Program-made: the position numbers and the translations under genes
In this document: piece by piece, positions 17,576-28,893 of the stretch
How positions within the stretch are numbered: the first letter of the stretch is position 1
Layout of the letters: every line of letters begins with the position of its first letter
Source: Candidatus Aquilonibacter sp.
Lineage (GTDB): Bacteria; Verrucomicrobiota; Verrucomicrobiia; Limisphaerales; UBA11358
NCBI GenBank assembly: GCA_035504945.1
Contig: DATJRH010000032.1
Location: 184,711-248,710, forward strand
Reading direction: 5' to 3'
Length of the DNA: 64,000 nt
The notes under the pieces: generated by a model
Told to the model about the DNA's origin: nothing
Databases searched by the model: none
What the model saw: the letters and a program-made list of their open reading frames with translations, nothing else

Positions 17576-17595
17576 GTTAAATTCATTTTGTTATA

Positions 17596-19590
17596 TCAAT
17601 TTGCCGCCAATGCTTGCGGTACTTTTTCCTTTTTCAAAAGTTCTTCATAAATGTCATGCGCGATCGGCGCGCAGGTCGTGCCGCCGTAAGTGCCGTTTTC
17701 GACCATGACCACCACCGCGTAGCGCGGATGTTCGTAGGGCGCAAACGAGGCAAACCAAGTGGTGCGTCCAATTTCCTGGTTCTGCGAGTTCATCACCTGC
17801 GCGGTGCCGGTCTTGCCGCAAATGCGCATTTCCGGACCCACGACTGCCGCATGACCGGTGCCTTCCGGGTCCTCGGTTTCCGCCAGCATCGCTGAACGCA
17901 AAATTTCCAAATTTTTCAGCTTTACGCCCAGTTCGTCACGCACGACGCCGGCGGGGAAAATTGTCGACGCCTCGCCGTCCGCCGGGTCCTGCGGTTCAAT
18001 GCGTTCTACCAGCCGCGGCCACAAAACTTTTCCGCCGTTGGCGATGGCGGCGTAGGCCACGGCCATTTGCATCGGCGTCACCGCTATATCGCCCTGGCCG
18101 ATGCAAATGTTCGCCGAATCGCCATCGCGCCAGTCGGATTGCTGCACCTGGCGGAGCGTGGGGAAAACTCCCGAGGTTTCCTGCCGCGTCGGCAAAGCCA
18201 TGCGTTCGCCGAAATGAAATTTCTCCCCCATCCGGATGATGTTCTGAATGCCGGCGCGCAGGCCGATGGTGATGAAATAAGTGTTGCAGGAGTAAATGAT
18301 GGCGTGTCGGAGGTCATATTTTCCCGGCGGGGCCAAATCCCCGATGCGCCGCCGACCAACCATGACATAACCCGGATTGTCAACGAGGGCGTCCGGATCC
18401 AGACCATTTTCCAGCGCGGCAAGCGCGACGACGGGTTTGAAAATGGAACCGGGCGCGTAATTTTCCTGGGTGGCGCGGTTGATTTGCACTTCCAAGTTGG
18501 TGTTGTTGAGCCGCTCCAATTCCGCCGGTGTGAAGCCGTTGACAAAATCGTTCGGATCAAACGCCGGCGACGAAACCATGGCTAGTATGTCGCCACTACG
18601 CACGTCCATGACGACAATCGCGCCACGCGCATTAGTGCCTTGATGGGCCGCAAGCGATTCCTGCGCCGCGCGCTGAATGTCGAGGTCAATGGTCAGCACC
18701 ACGTTCCGACCGGGTTCGGGCTGGTTCCAGACGGTTTCGGACTGGCGATAACCGAGGCTGTTGACGAGCAGCGAGGCCTCGCCCGCGTGCCCGCGCAGTT
18801 GCGCGTCGAAGCCGCCTTCGATGCCGACCACGCCGCGATAATCGGGCAGGCGATAATTGAAAAAGGCGTCCTCGCCCTCGGTGGAACTGTCGTCGCGTAT
18901 GACATAGCCAAGGACGTGCGACGCAATGCTTCCATACGGATAAAGGCGAACCGGCTGGATGTTCAACGTCGCACCATTGGTAGCCGGATTTTGCTCTGCA
19001 AAGCGCGCGACCTGCTCCGCGTCGGCGTCCTGCACGATGTTATAAGGCAGGGCGCGTTGCTCCTGGTAGGCGAGTTCAAATCTTTTCGCGTCCAACGCCA
19101 GCGGCTGGCCGAGTTCTCGCCCGATTTGTGTGACAACGGAATTGGCGACGTCATCGCGCGCCTGTTGGTGGAGCTGTTCCAATTGCGCGTTGGAGAATTC
19201 GAATTGTGTTCGCTCTGCCTTCGTCAACGAACGTCCCAACTCTTTTTCCCGTGCCGTAATGGCCTGGGTTTGCGCAGCGATGGCCTGTTGATGCAACAGG
19301 CGGTAGGTCGAATCGAATCGTTCCTGCAAATCATCGAGGAACAGGCTCAAGTTGTAGCGCGGTCGGTTTTCCGCGAGCACGCGGCCTTCGCGATCCAGAA
19401 TTTCTCCGCGCGCGGCGGGCAGCCGGACCGTCCGATACGCCTGCGTTTCGAGGTTATTTTCGTATTCGTGCGCGGAGACAATCTGCACCCACCACAAACC
19501 GGCGAGCAAAATGCCCAGACCGCCCGCGAACACCATCGCCACGAGGCGGAGCTGCGGGTCGTTCTTTTTCAGTTCGTCGAAAATCAGCAT
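17596..19590 (-). CDS. mrdA: penicillin-binding protein 2 (elongasome transpeptidase)
   Basis: N-terminal TM segment, PBP dimerisation region, and transpeptidase motifs SIFK, SCN and KTGTA. Confidence 0.9.
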   Translation of the reverse strand: MLIFDELKKNDPQLRLVAMVFAGGLGILLAGLWWVQIVSAHEYENNLETQAYRTVRLPAARGEILDREGRVLAENRPRYNLSLFLDDLQERFDSTYRLLHQQAIAAQTQAITAREKELGRSLTKAERTQFEFSNAQLEQLHQQARDDVANSVVTQIGRELGQPLALDAKRFELAYQEQRALPYNIVQDADAEQVARFAEQNPATNGATLNIQPVRLYPYGSIASHVLGYVIRDDSSTEGEDAFFNYRLPDYRGVVGIEGGFDAQLRGHAGEASLLVNSLGYRQSETVWNQPEPGRNVVLTIDLDIQRAAQESLAAHQGTNARGAIVVMDVRSGDILAMVSSPAFDPNDFVNGFTPAELERLNNTNLEVQINRATQENYAPGSIFKPVVALAALENGLDPDALVDNPGYVMVGRRRIGDLAPPGKYDLRHAIIYSCNTYFITIGLRAGIQNIIRMGEKFHFGERMALPTRQETSGVFPTLRQVQQSDWRDGDSANICIGQGDIAVTPMQMAVAYAAIANGGKVLWPRLVERIEPQDPADGEASTIFPAGVVRDELGVKLKNLEILRSAMLAETEDPEGTGHAAVVGPEMRICGKTGTAQVMNSQNQEIGRTTWFASFAPYEHPRYAVVVMVENGTYGGTTCAPIAHDIYEELLKKEKVPQALAAN

Positions 19591-19600
19591 CGCAAAAATT

Positions 19601-20164
19601 TCAGTTCAATTTTTTGTCCCGGCGGATTTCGCGGTCGGGACGGAAGCTGGTTTCGGTTCGCTGCTGGTAGCCGAGCGCGTGGTTGCACCAGTCGAACAGC
19701 GCAAAAATAATCGGCGTCGCCACCGCGCCGCCCGCCGTCATCACCAGCCATTGCCAGAGCGAACCCCAGCCAAGCAGCGGCTCAATGCCTTCGCTTAACA
19801 AAATCAAAGCGGTCAGGGCCGGAACGACCGCGCTGGCGATGGCGCCGAGGACAAATTGAGCAAACGGGAATTCACGCAGAATCAACTCGCGCTTCAGGCA
19901 AACGGGAAAACCGACGGCGAACAGCGGCAAAATGGAAACACCCAGCGGGTTGGCGGAAAGCGAGTCAAAGCACAATCCGCCGAAAACGGCGAGCAGCGCG
20001 ACGGTGGCGATTTCCGTGTTCAACGCCGCGCACATCATCAGCGCCGGCAGCAAGTCCACCTGCGCGCCGAACAAATGACGCGGCAGTTGAAACGCGGCTT
20101 CGCCAAACGCGGCGAGGAACGCGGCGGCCAGAATCAAAATGGGATTGAAAAAATTGATTTTCAT
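19601..20164 (-). CDS. mreD: rod shape-determining protein MreD
   Basis: Small polytopic membrane protein located between mreC and mrdA. Confidence 0.75.
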   Translation of the reverse strand: MKINFFNPILILAAAFLAAFGEAAFQLPRHLFGAQVDLLPALMMCAALNTEIATVALLAVFGGLCFDSLSANPLGVSILPLFAVGFPVCLKRELILREFPFAQFVLGAIASAVVPALTALILLSEGIEPLLGWGSLWQWLVMTAGGAVATPIIFALFDWCNHALGYQQRTETSFRPDREIRRDKKLN

Positions 20165-20165
20165 T

Positions 20166-20972
20166 TCATTGAATCAAAACCCAAACCTGATCCAGCGTGC
20201 CAAGATTTGCCGAAAGTTTTACGCGCGCTTCGGAGTAAAGGCCGAATTCAACCGGACGCGCCTCTTCCGCAACCACACCGATGGGAATTCCCGGCGGAAA
20301 AATTTCGCCAATTCCGCTCGTGACGACCTGCTGGCCGGGTTTCAAATTGGCATTGCCGGCGAGATAAGTCAGTTCGACGAACGAATTGTCCAGCGGCTCG
20401 CTCGCGCTCAAAATGCCGGTGTCGTGCGCGGAATTTTCGACGCGCGCGGAAACTTTGCATTCCGGGTCGCCGAGCAAAATGACTTGGGCGCGATGTGAAT
20501 AAACGGTCGAGACGCGACCGACCAGGCCGTCGGCGGTCAGCACGGGCAGATTTTCACGCAGGCCGTCGCGGCTGCCGAGGTCAATCTCAACGTCGCGCCA
20601 CCAGTTGGCCGGGTCGCGCGCGACAACGCGGGCGAGTTTCAATTTCCACGGCTGCTCTTGTTCCCAGCCGAGCGCGGCGCGCAACTGGTTGTTCTCCCGC
20701 AAGGCGGCGTCACCCTGCTGTTGCCGGACTTCAAGCTCCGCGTTTTCGCGGCGCAGATTTTCAAGTTGCTGGAGCAGTTCGTGACGCGGCAAAACAGCGT
20801 CGGCAGCGGCAACGGGCAGTTGCTGCGCGGCGCCGGCCAGCCCGAACAAGGGCAAAAACAAACTGCCGATGGTGAGTTTGAGGCGGGCGACCGCGCCGGA
20901 CGGCAGGCTGAAAATCAGCAAGACTGCCAGCGCCACCGCGCCAACCGCGAGATAATGTTTTTGTTTCAGCAT
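20166..20972 (-). CDS. mreC: rod shape-determining protein MreC
   Basis: N-terminal TM segment, a coiled coil (LENLRRENAELEVRQQQ), and a beta-barrel region (VLTADGLVGRV). Confidence 0.85.
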   Translation of the reverse strand: MLKQKHYLAVGAVALAVLLIFSLPSGAVARLKLTIGSLFLPLFGLAGAAQQLPVAAADAVLPRHELLQQLENLRRENAELEVRQQQGDAALRENNQLRAALGWEQEQPWKLKLARVVARDPANWWRDVEIDLGSRDGLRENLPVLTADGLVGRVSTVYSHRAQVILLGDPECKVSARVENSAHDTGILSASEPLDNSFVELTYLAGNANLKPGQQVVTSGIGEIFPPGIPIGVVAEEARPVEFGLYSEARVKLSANLGTLDQVWVLIQ

Positions 20973-21024
20973 CCTGCAACGGCGGCTGGATTTTCAGCCG
21001 CGCGCAGGTGAACGGGGCGGGAAG

Positions 21025-22053
21025 TCAATACTTGGCGTTGGTCGCGACGCGTTTCAGGAATTCGATTTCCTGCAACACGCGCCCGGTGCCTTCGGCCACG
21101 GCGCTCATGGGATCGTCGGCGAGATGGACCGGCAAGCCGGTTTCCTCGGCGACGAGCCGGTCAATGCCACGCAACAGGGAGCCGCCGCCGGCCATCACCA
21201 GCCCGCGATCCACGAGATCGGAGGCGAGTTCGGGCGGACAACGTTCCAGCGTGAGACGGACGGATTCCAAAATGCTCGAGAGCGGTTCCTGCAACGCTTC
21301 GCGAATTTCCTCGGAACGGATGGTCAATGTCTTGGGCAGGCCGGAACTCAAGTCGCGGCCTTTGACATCCATGGTCAATTCCTGTTCCAACGGAAACGCG
21401 GAGCCGATGCGTATTTTCACTTCTTCCGCAGTGCGTTCACCTATCATCATGTTGTAGGCGCGTTTCATATGCGCGGTGATCGTTTCGTCAAATTCGTCCC
21501 CGCCCACCCGCAGGCTGCGGCTGAAGACGATGCCGGCGAGGGAAATGATTGCGATTTCGCAAGTCCCGCCGCCGATGTCCACGATCATGTTGCCCGCCGG
21601 TTCATGCACTGGCAGACCGACGCCGATGGCCGAGGCCATCGGTTGCTCAATCAAATACACCTCGCGCGCTCCGGCGTGGGTGGCGGAATCTTTGACGGCC
21701 CGTTTTTCAACTTCCGTAATGCCCGAAGGCACGGCAACCACGACGCGTGGCGCGATGAGTTTTCGATGATGAACCTTCTGGATGAAGTGGCGGAGCATGG
21801 CCTCGGTGATTTCGAAGTCGGCGATCACGCCGTCTTTCATCGGGCGGATGGCCACGATGTTGCCGGGCGTGCGGCCCAGCATTCTTTTTGCTTCTTCGCC
21901 GACGGCCAGCACATTCGTCGTGCCCGACTGAATGGCCACCACAGAAGGTTCGCGCAGGACGATTCCGCGATCCCGCACATAGACGAGGGAATTGGCTGTG
22001 CCCAGGTCTATTCCAATGTCGTTGGAAAACAGGCTTTTGAATTGCGCAAACAT
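21025..22053 (-). CDS. mreB: rod shape-determining protein MreB
   Basis: Actin-fold blocks [41 protein letters not shown] and [12 protein letters not shown]. Confidence 0.97.
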   Translation of the reverse strand: MFAQFKSLFSNDIGIDLGTANSLVYVRDRGIVLREPSVVAIQSGTTNVLAVGEEAKRMLGRTPGNIVAIRPMKDGVIADFEITEAMLRHFIQKVHHRKLIAPRVVVAVPSGITEVEKRAVKDSATHAGAREVYLIEQPMASAIGVGLPVHEPAGNMIVDIGGGTCEIAIISLAGIVFSRSLRVGGDEFDETITAHMKRAYNMMIGERTAEEVKIRIGSAFPLEQELTMDVKGRDLSSGLPKTLTIRSEEIREALQEPLSSILESVRLTLERCPPELASDLVDRGLVMAGGGSLLRGIDRLVAEETGLPVHLADDPMSAVAEGTGRVLQEIEFLKRVATNAKY

Positions 22054-22133
22054 GAATTTTGCCTACTGTCAACGACCAGTAAATAGGTTGCGCGGCAAAA
22101 GGTCAAGCGGTGAATAACTTTGAAAATCCAGGA

Positions 22134-24740
22134 TTATTTCGCCTTCAAATCAATCATTTCGCCCGCGCTCGTCGGAATGTCATAGACAAATTCCTGTGGC
22201 ATTGTGAGCGGAACGATGCTGTTCGTGTCGTGCGAAACCACGTCCGGCTCAACCGGCGGCGCGGTGTAAAATGGATTCGGATTTTTCCCGCTCGCCGTTT
22301 TCAAGGCCATTCCGTCGGCGCGTTCGAGTGGCACAAGCGAACTCACGCGCAAATTTCCGCCAAGCTTGGAAATGATTTTTGCCCCGGTCAATTTGCCGCC
22401 GCTCCACGCCTCATTGATTTCAAATCCGCCGCGCGCGCACAAGCCGTTCACGTGGCCGGCCGGCCATTCCTGCGGCAGCGCGGGCAGCAATTGAATTTTT
22501 CCGCCCTCGCTTTGCAGCAACATTTCCGCCAGCGCGGCGGGCGCGCCGAGATTGCCGTCAATCTGGAACGGCGGGTATTTGTCGAACAAATTCGGATAAA
22601 GGTCGTGGCCGATGAGCCGGTCCAACTGGCCGTAAGCCTCTTCCGGTTTGAGAAACCTCGCCCACAAGGCCGCGCGCCACGCCAGGCTCCATTCCGTGGC
22701 ACCGCTGTCGCCGCGGACAATCAGCGATTTCTCCGCAGCCGCCGCGAGTTTCGGCGTGGCGGCCACGGTGATTTCCGAGCCGGGATAAACCGCGAACAGA
22801 TGCGACGTGTGCCGGTGATGGATGTCCTGCTCCTTGAAATCCACCAGCCATTCCTGCAAACGCCCGTCGGGGCCGATTTGCAGCGGCGCCAGTTTTTTCA
22901 ACGCCGCCGCGCAACGGGCGCTGAAAGCCGCGTCCGTGTGCAGCACCTGGTCCGCCTCGATGCAATGGGTCAGCAAATTGTAAATGATTTCCAAATCCAT
23001 CGTCGCGCCGTAGGTCAGCTCGGAAACCGTTCCGTCCGGCAAAATGAATTTGTTTTCCGGCGAATGCGACGGCGCGGTGACGAGCCGTCCGGGGAACGGC
23101 GTGTTGGCCGGCGCGGACACCATGAAATCCAGAATAAATTCCGCCGCGCCCTTCATCAGCGGATAGCCCTGCTGCGCCAGAAAATTCGTGTTGCCGGTGA
23201 AAAGGAAATGCTCCCACGGATGCTGCGAAAGCCACGCCGCGCCCATCGGCCAGACGCCTTGCGGGCCGTCGGCGGGCGATGTGAACCCGAACGGGTCCGT
23301 CAAATGATGCACCACCCAGCCGCCCGCGCCGTATTCGACGCGCGCCGTCCGGCTGCCGGGCGCGACGAGCCGGTCCATGAAATCAAACAGCGGCTGCGTG
23401 CACTCGGAGAGGTTGCAGGTCTCGGCGGCCCAGTAATTCATCTGAATGTTGATGTTGCAGTGGTAATCGCTGTTCCACGCCGCGTGCGGTTCACAGTTCC
23501 AGATGCCTTGCAGGTCCGCCGGCAGCGAACCCGGACGCGAACTGCTCACCAGCAGGTAGCGGCCATATTGAAAATAAAGCGAGAACAAACCCGGGTCGTT
23601 CGTGCCGGCGGCAAAATTTTTCAAACGCTCGTCCGTCGGCAATTTTTCCGCCGCCGGATTTGAACCCAAATCCAAATCCACGCGTTTGAACAGGGATTGA
23701 TAATCTTGCTCATGCCGTTGCTGCAATTCAGCGAAAGATTTCACCGCCGCATTTTTCAAATTTTCGCGGCAAACTGTTTCCGGGTCATCACCCCAATAAT
23801 CCGTCGCGCCCGCAATTAACAAAACAACTTTGTCGGCGTTGGAAATAACCAATGAATTTTCTGAAGTCGAAATTGTTCCGCCAATTGGCATCACCAGCGT
23901 TTCCCCTTCGAAACGCATGGCCGGAACCGGTTTTGAGTCGGTAGGGTATTGCGCCATGATTTGGCCGCGCAAAACGATTCGAGGCCAGGGACCATTGGTC
24001 GTGTCAACGAACGATTTCGCGTCCAGCTCGCGTGACATCGAGAGTTCCAAATTGATTTTGCCCGGATGGTCGCAGGTGATGAGCACGGCAATCACCTGGT
24101 CGGGATAGGACGCGAAAACTTCGCGCGTGAACGTGTCGTCGCCGATTTGGTAGCGCACGGAGGCGATGCCGTCATTCAAATCCAAAGAACGCCGGTAATT
24201 CTCGACGTTGGTGATACCCGGAAAACCAATCCACAAATCGCCGAGCGGCTGATACGAGCGGATGCGATAGGGAACGCCCATCATCGTGTCGCCGATGAGT
24301 TTGGTGGCCTCATCGTCCTGGTTGGCAAAAAGCAGCCGGCGAATTTCCGGCAGCGCGGCGAGCGCGTTGGTGTTGTCCGCGTCGCGCTTGTAACCTTCCC
24401 AAAGCGAGCCTTCGTTGAGCTGAAGGTCTTCGCGCGCGACGCCGCCAAAAATCATGGCGCCTAATTTACCGTTGCCGACGGGCAGCGCGTCGTTCCACGT
24501 CGGCGCCGGCTGGCGATACCAGAGAGTGAGCGGCGTTCCCGGCGGTTCGGCTTCTCCAGTCAGCGTGGCGGTTTCCTTGTGCACGGCCTCGGCGAGATGC
24601 GTGGACGGCTGCGACGGCTCGACAACCGATTGCAATTCCGGCTTCGCTTTCGGCGTGGAACAGCCGGGAAAAACGGCTGCGACGGCAAAAATGAAAACGA
24701 AGGATGAAAAAATCCGGTGGATGATTCTTATTTTTTTCAT
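22134..24740 (-). CDS. glycoside hydrolase family 95 (alpha-L-fucosidase-like), secreted
   Basis: Signal peptide, then [39 protein letters not shown], the typical GH95 N-terminus. 868 aa. Confidence 0.85.
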   Translation of the reverse strand: MKKIRIIHRIFSSFVFIFAVAAVFPGCSTPKAKPELQSVVEPSQPSTHLAEAVHKETATLTGEAEPPGTPLTLWYRQPAPTWNDALPVGNGKLGAMIFGGVAREDLQLNEGSLWEGYKRDADNTNALAALPEIRRLLFANQDDEATKLIGDTMMGVPYRIRSYQPLGDLWIGFPGITNVENYRRSLDLNDGIASVRYQIGDDTFTREVFASYPDQVIAVLITCDHPGKINLELSMSRELDAKSFVDTTNGPWPRIVLRGQIMAQYPTDSKPVPAMRFEGETLVMPIGGTISTSENSLVISNADKVVLLIAGATDYWGDDPETVCRENLKNAAVKSFAELQQRHEQDYQSLFKRVDLDLGSNPAAEKLPTDERLKNFAAGTNDPGLFSLYFQYGRYLLVSSSRPGSLPADLQGIWNCEPHAAWNSDYHCNINIQMNYWAAETCNLSECTQPLFDFMDRLVAPGSRTARVEYGAGGWVVHHLTDPFGFTSPADGPQGVWPMGAAWLSQHPWEHFLFTGNTNFLAQQGYPLMKGAAEFILDFMVSAPANTPFPGRLVTAPSHSPENKFILPDGTVSELTYGATMDLEIIYNLLTHCIEADQVLHTDAAFSARCAAALKKLAPLQIGPDGRLQEWLVDFKEQDIHHRHTSHLFAVYPGSEITVAATPKLAAAAEKSLIVRGDSGATEWSLAWRAALWARFLKPEEAYGQLDRLIGHDLYPNLFDKYPPFQIDGNLGAPAALAEMLLQSEGGKIQLLPALPQEWPAGHVNGLCARGGFEINEAWSGGKLTGAKIISKLGGNLRVSSLVPLERADGMALKTASGKNPNPFYTAPPVEPDVVSHDTNSIVPLTMPQEFVYDIPTSAGEMIDLKAK

Positions 24741-24800
24741 GGCTGAGAACGAATGATGACAATTTTATGGAACACGGGCAATGCGAATTGCGAGGGCAGT

Positions 24801-24875
<75 letters not shown>

Positions 24876-25152
24876 AACCGGAAGCGAAATCATATTTTGC
24901 GCGCAATCGGCCGACTGTCAATGCAAAGCCATCGTGGTGCCAATCTTAATTTGCCATGAGAAAGCGTCCACCGCGCAACGCGCCTTGACTTTTCATGCGA
25001 TTTTTTCCAATTTTATCGGGTCAAATCGTAAAGCTGCACAAATTAGAAAACCACGCCGGGTTTTCCGGCCCGATAAGATCTTTTGGCCTGAAAATTGCGG
25101 GCAACCAAACGTGAACACGCCGCATTTATCCATTTTTCGGCACTTTTGCCGG

Positions 25153-27699
25153 ATGGGGTTTGCTTACGTTGTCCTGTTTATCACGCTGGCTTGCACATTT
25201 GTGGTGTTTTTCCGCGTTCAGGAAAACGTTAAAGCTCGCGATCAGGCACGTTTTGACCTCGCCACCAGCCAGATACAATCCGCCGTTGAGCGTCGGCTCG
25301 CGCGATGTGTTGACCAAATGTATGCCGTGCGCGCACTTTTTGCCGCGGACGAAAATGTAAGCCCGGCCGAATGGAAGGCATTTTTTGCCGCCATGAATGT
25401 CCGGCAAAGCAATTTGGGCGTGCGGACTTTGGGGTATCTCGAAAAAGTGACTCCCGCCACAAAGGCGGATTTTTTGAAGGAGTGGAATCCGGGCGACCGG
25501 ATCAGGCGCACAATTCTTCCGCCGGGGGATCGTCCAGTTTATTATCCAGCCGTTTACACCACCCACTTTGACTGGAGTGCCGATGTTTATTTTGGATTGG
25601 ATCATGGCAACCAGCCGGAGCGGCTTGCAGCAATCAATCAGGCCATTGACGGAAATAATCCCGCTGTCACCGGACGCATCAGGATGATCACCACGAGCGG
25701 AACAAGCACCAATTCCGGAACTTTTTTTTATTTGCCCGTTTATAAAAGCGGGGCATCCATCGCCAGCGTGGAAGCGCGGCGCGAAGCGGCGCAGGGAGTC
25801 GTCTACATGACCGTCTTCCCGCAAAAAATGCTGGCGCTCCTCCTCGAAGAAGAGGCAAATCTGGGCGTGGACGTGGACATTTTTGACGGGCCGGAGGCGA
25901 ACCCGGGAAAATTATTTTATGAAGGGGACACGGCTTCTCCGACCAACAATTTAATCAGCCGCTTGAAATCACATCCAACCCTTGCGCGGCAAATGGTGGT
26001 TCCGGTCTTCAACCAAGAATGGACGCTCGCCTTTTCAACCACGCCGCAGTTCGACGCAGCCTCCCAGCGGTATCTGCAATGGGTGGCTCTGGCCATCGGA
26101 CTGGCCGTCAGCCTTCTGTTTTTTGGCATCGCTTGGGTGCAGGCCAACGCGCGGGCGCGCGCCGAGGCCGACGAAGCCGCGCTCGCCATCGAAAAGGAGG
26201 AGCTTGCCGTCACACTTTTTTCCATCGGCGACGGCGTCATCACAACCGACGGAGCCGCGAAAATCGTCTCCCTCAACAAAGCCGCGCAGTTCCTGACCGG
26301 CTGGTCCCAGGCGGAAGCCAAAGGCAAGCCGCTGGCCGAGGTGTTCCGGCTGATTCACGAGGAAAACCGCAAGACCGCCGCCGACCCGGTGGAAGGAGTT
26401 TTGACCACCGGCAAAGTCGTCGAACTGGGCAACCACATTTTATTGGTCGCGCGCGACGGAACCGAACGCGCCATCGCCGACAGCGCCGCACCGATCCGCG
26501 GCAAAGATGGAAAAGTCACGGGCACTGTGCTGGTGTTCCGCGACGTGACGGAGAAGCGGAAAATCGAGGCGCAAATGTTCAAGGAAAGCAAATTGGAGTC
26601 CGTCGGATTACTGGCCGGCGGCATTGCGCACGACTTTAACAACATGCTCGCCGCCATCGTCGGCAATTTGTCGCTGACCCGGCTGCCGGGAATGTCGCAC
26701 GAGGAGCAAATGAACTTGATGGCCGAAGCCGAAAAGGGGGCGATGCGCGCGCGGGATTTGACTCAGCAACTGCTGACCTTCGCCCGCGGCGGCGCGCCCA
26801 TCAAAAAAACGACGCGCCTGAACACGCTGGTGCGCGAGGCGTGCGAGTTCGCCGTGCGCGGTTCGAACGTGCAATGCCAGTATTCCCTCAAGGACGACGC
26901 CTGGCCGGCGGAAATTGACGAGGGCCAGTTCCGGCAGGTCCTGAACAATCTTGTGATTAACGCGCGCCAGGCCATGCCCGACGGCGGCAAGGTGGAGGTG
27001 AGTTTGGAAAACGTGGAACTGGCGGCCGGCGTCCTGCCGCCGCTGCCCGCAGGCAAACACGTGAAAGTTTCCATCAAGGACAATGGCGCGGGCATCAAAC
27101 CGGAACTGCTTCCCAGAATTTTTGAGCCGTATTTCACGACCAAAAAAGGCGGCAACGGCCTCGGCCTCGCGACGGCCTATTCCGTGGTCCGCAAACACGA
27201 CGGCATTATCAAGGTTGATTCCGCACCGGGCGCCGGCTCCGTTTTCCAAATTTTCCTGCCGGCTTCAGGCAAACCGGTTCCTTCGTTGCCATCTGAATCG
27301 CCGCGAGGAAAACTCGCCGGCAACGGACGGCTGCTCATCATGGACGACGAGGACGCCATGCTGAAAGTTTTGGGCGCGATGCTCCGAAAATTCGGCTATG
27401 AAGTTGAAACGGCACTCGACGGCGCGGAAGCCATTGAATGCTACGCCGCCGCAAAGGCCGCCGGCAAACCGTTCAAGGCCGTCATCATGGACTTGACGAT
27501 TCCCAACGGCATGGGCGGGCGCGAAGCCGTCAAGCGGTTGCTGGAATTGGACCCGAACCTGAAGGCCATCGTTTCTAGCGGTTACTCGCTCGATCCCGTC
27601 ATGGCGAATTACTGTGAATACGGTTTTCGTGGTGTCATTCCCAAACCCTATCGCGTGGAGGATTTGAGCCGCGTGTTGCAGGAAGTTCTCAACAACTGA
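25153..27699 (+). CDS. hybrid sensor histidine kinase/response regulator (CHASE-PAS-HisKA-HATPase-REC)
   Basis: TM segment, a periplasmic CHASE-like region and a second TM segment. Then PAS, the H-box GGIAHDFNNML, the G-box GNGLGLA, and a C-terminal receiver (LLIMDDE..DLTIPNGMGG..SGY). Start is ATG 25153 or GTG 25111. Confidence 0.85.
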   Translation: MGFAYVVLFITLACTFVVFFRVQENVKARDQARFDLATSQIQSAVERRLARCVDQMYAVRALFAADENVSPAEWKAFFAAMNVRQSNLGVRTLGYLEKVTPATKADFLKEWNPGDRIRRTILPPGDRPVYYPAVYTTHFDWSADVYFGLDHGNQPERLAAINQAIDGNNPAVTGRIRMITTSGTSTNSGTFFYLPVYKSGASIASVEARREAAQGVVYMTVFPQKMLALLLEEEANLGVDVDIFDGPEANPGKLFYEGDTASPTNNLISRLKSHPTLARQMVVPVFNQEWTLAFSTTPQFDAASQRYLQWVALAIGLAVSLLFFGIAWVQANARARAEADEAALAIEKEELAVTLFSIGDGVITTDGAAKIVSLNKAAQFLTGWSQAEAKGKPLAEVFRLIHEENRKTAADPVEGVLTTGKVVELGNHILLVARDGTERAIADSAAPIRGKDGKVTGTVLVFRDVTEKRKIEAQMFKESKLESVGLLAGGIAHDFNNMLAAIVGNLSLTRLPGMSHEEQMNLMAEAEKGAMRARDLTQQLLTFARGGAPIKKTTRLNTLVREACEFAVRGSNVQCQYSLKDDAWPAEIDEGQFRQVLNNLVINARQAMPDGGKVEVSLENVELAAGVLPPLPAGKHVKVSIKDNGAGIKPELLPRIFEPYFTTKKGGNGLGLATAYSVVRKHDGIIKVDSAPGAGSVFQIFLPASGKPVPSLPSESPRGKLAGNGRLLIMDDEDAMLKVLGAMLRKFGYEVETALDGAEAIECYAAAKAAGKPFKAVIMDLTIPNGMGGREAVKRLLELDPNLKAIVSSGYSLDPVMANYCEYGFRGVIPKPYRVEDLSRVLQEVLNN

Positions 27700-27826
27700 T
27701 CCGTTTCTCTCGCGGATTTCCAAAATCGAGCCGGCGATCCATTTCCCTGACAAGCAAATTAAGCCGCGCGTCCACGACATTTGGAAACCAAATCATTTGC
27801 CGCGCGTCTGAAGATGTTGTTACATC

Positions 27827-28852
27827 TTGTCGAACCAATTTATGCGAACACTTTTTTTGAATCTTGTGGCAGCCTGTTCGGTCATTTCCGCAACGGGCTT
27901 TGCCGTCAACGCCGAGCCATCCACCAATTCACTTCCGCAAAGCCTCAAGGATTATTTGCTGCCGGCCGTCAAAAACGGCGGCTTCGAGATGGACGGCTAC
28001 GTTCTCTGGTGCTCGTCCGTCGTCAAAGTCGGTGACACTTACAATATGTTCGCCTCGGCCTGGCCCGCGCATAAAACCACCAACGGCTGGAGATATTCAC
28101 TCGGCGACTGGACGAGCCAGTCCGAATGCGTCCGCGCCACATCGACCAATCTTTTCGGCCCCTACACGTTCCAGGAAGTCGTGCTACAAAAGCGGCCGGA
28201 CAATTGGGACAAATCCCGCGTCCACAACGTCAAAATCGTCAAGGACGGTGACAAATATCTGATTTTTTACATAAGCAGCGCGAACGATACCGGCTATGCC
28301 GTGGCTGATTCCATCACCGGCCCGTGGACGCGCCTGGATCATCCGGTGATTCGCGCCAGCAATCCCGCGCCGCTTGTCCGCGCCGACGGCAGCCTTTACG
28401 TTTTTTGCCGGCTGGCCGAAGACGGCATCAACCGCGGCGTCGCTTTCACTGCGCCGACTTATCAGGGGCCTTACACGGTCGTGGACAACGGCAACAATCT
28501 CCTGTCCAACGGCGGCGAACTGGAAGACCCGACTATTTGGTGGGCAAACAATCAATACAACATTTTGCTGAACGACTGGAAGAGCCACGCGACGGGCATT
28601 TTCAAGGCGGGCGCGCAGTATTTTTCCAAGGACGGCGTGCATTACACGCTCGTTTCGCACGAACCGGTTTTCACGAAGACGGTCAAATTTGACGATGGCA
28701 CGACTGAAACATTCCGCCGACGCGAGCGGCCGTTTGTTTACGTGAATGAAAAAGGCGTGGCGCTGGCGCTCTTCACCGCTTGCATGCCCGCTGACCAGCA
28801 CGCGCGCATCGTTGTCCAGCCGATCAACAATTACTATCCGGACAACAAATAA
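27827..28852 (+). CDS. secreted five-bladed beta-propeller glycoside hydrolase-like protein (GH43 superfamily-like)
   Basis: Signal peptide, then blocks such as GDTYNMFAS, KDGDKYLIFY, GPWTR, EDPTIWW and RERPFVYVNEKG that recall GH43/GH117-type propellers. The family assignment is tentative. Confidence 0.5.
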   Translation: MSNQFMRTLFLNLVAACSVISATGFAVNAEPSTNSLPQSLKDYLLPAVKNGGFEMDGYVLWCSSVVKVGDTYNMFASAWPAHKTTNGWRYSLGDWTSQSECVRATSTNLFGPYTFQEVVLQKRPDNWDKSRVHNVKIVKDGDKYLIFYISSANDTGYAVADSITGPWTRLDHPVIRASNPAPLVRADGSLYVFCRLAEDGINRGVAFTAPTYQGPYTVVDNGNNLLSNGGELEDPTIWWANNQYNILLNDWKSHATGIFKAGAQYFSKDGVHYTLVSHEPVFTKTVKFDDGTTETFRRRERPFVYVNEKGVALALFTACMPADQHARIVVQPINNYYPDNK

Positions 28853-28893
28853 AAAAGCGCGGGCTTTTATCCGCACTTGATTTTTTCCCCGAA

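Noticed and set aside
22110-23663. A 517-aa plus-strand ORF. Similar long ORFs occur at 15106-16299, 18640-19710, 11940-12863, 39873-41195, 42106-43281, 45509-46519, 50273-51409, 51759-52685, 57032-58240 and 59546-60460.
   Set aside because: All are antisense shadows of genes with clear family signatures (GH95, RNase E/G, PBP2, hisB, GH97, GH28-like, BNR, AKR, NMO, thiC, mgtE). Their translations are Arg-rich and motif-free.
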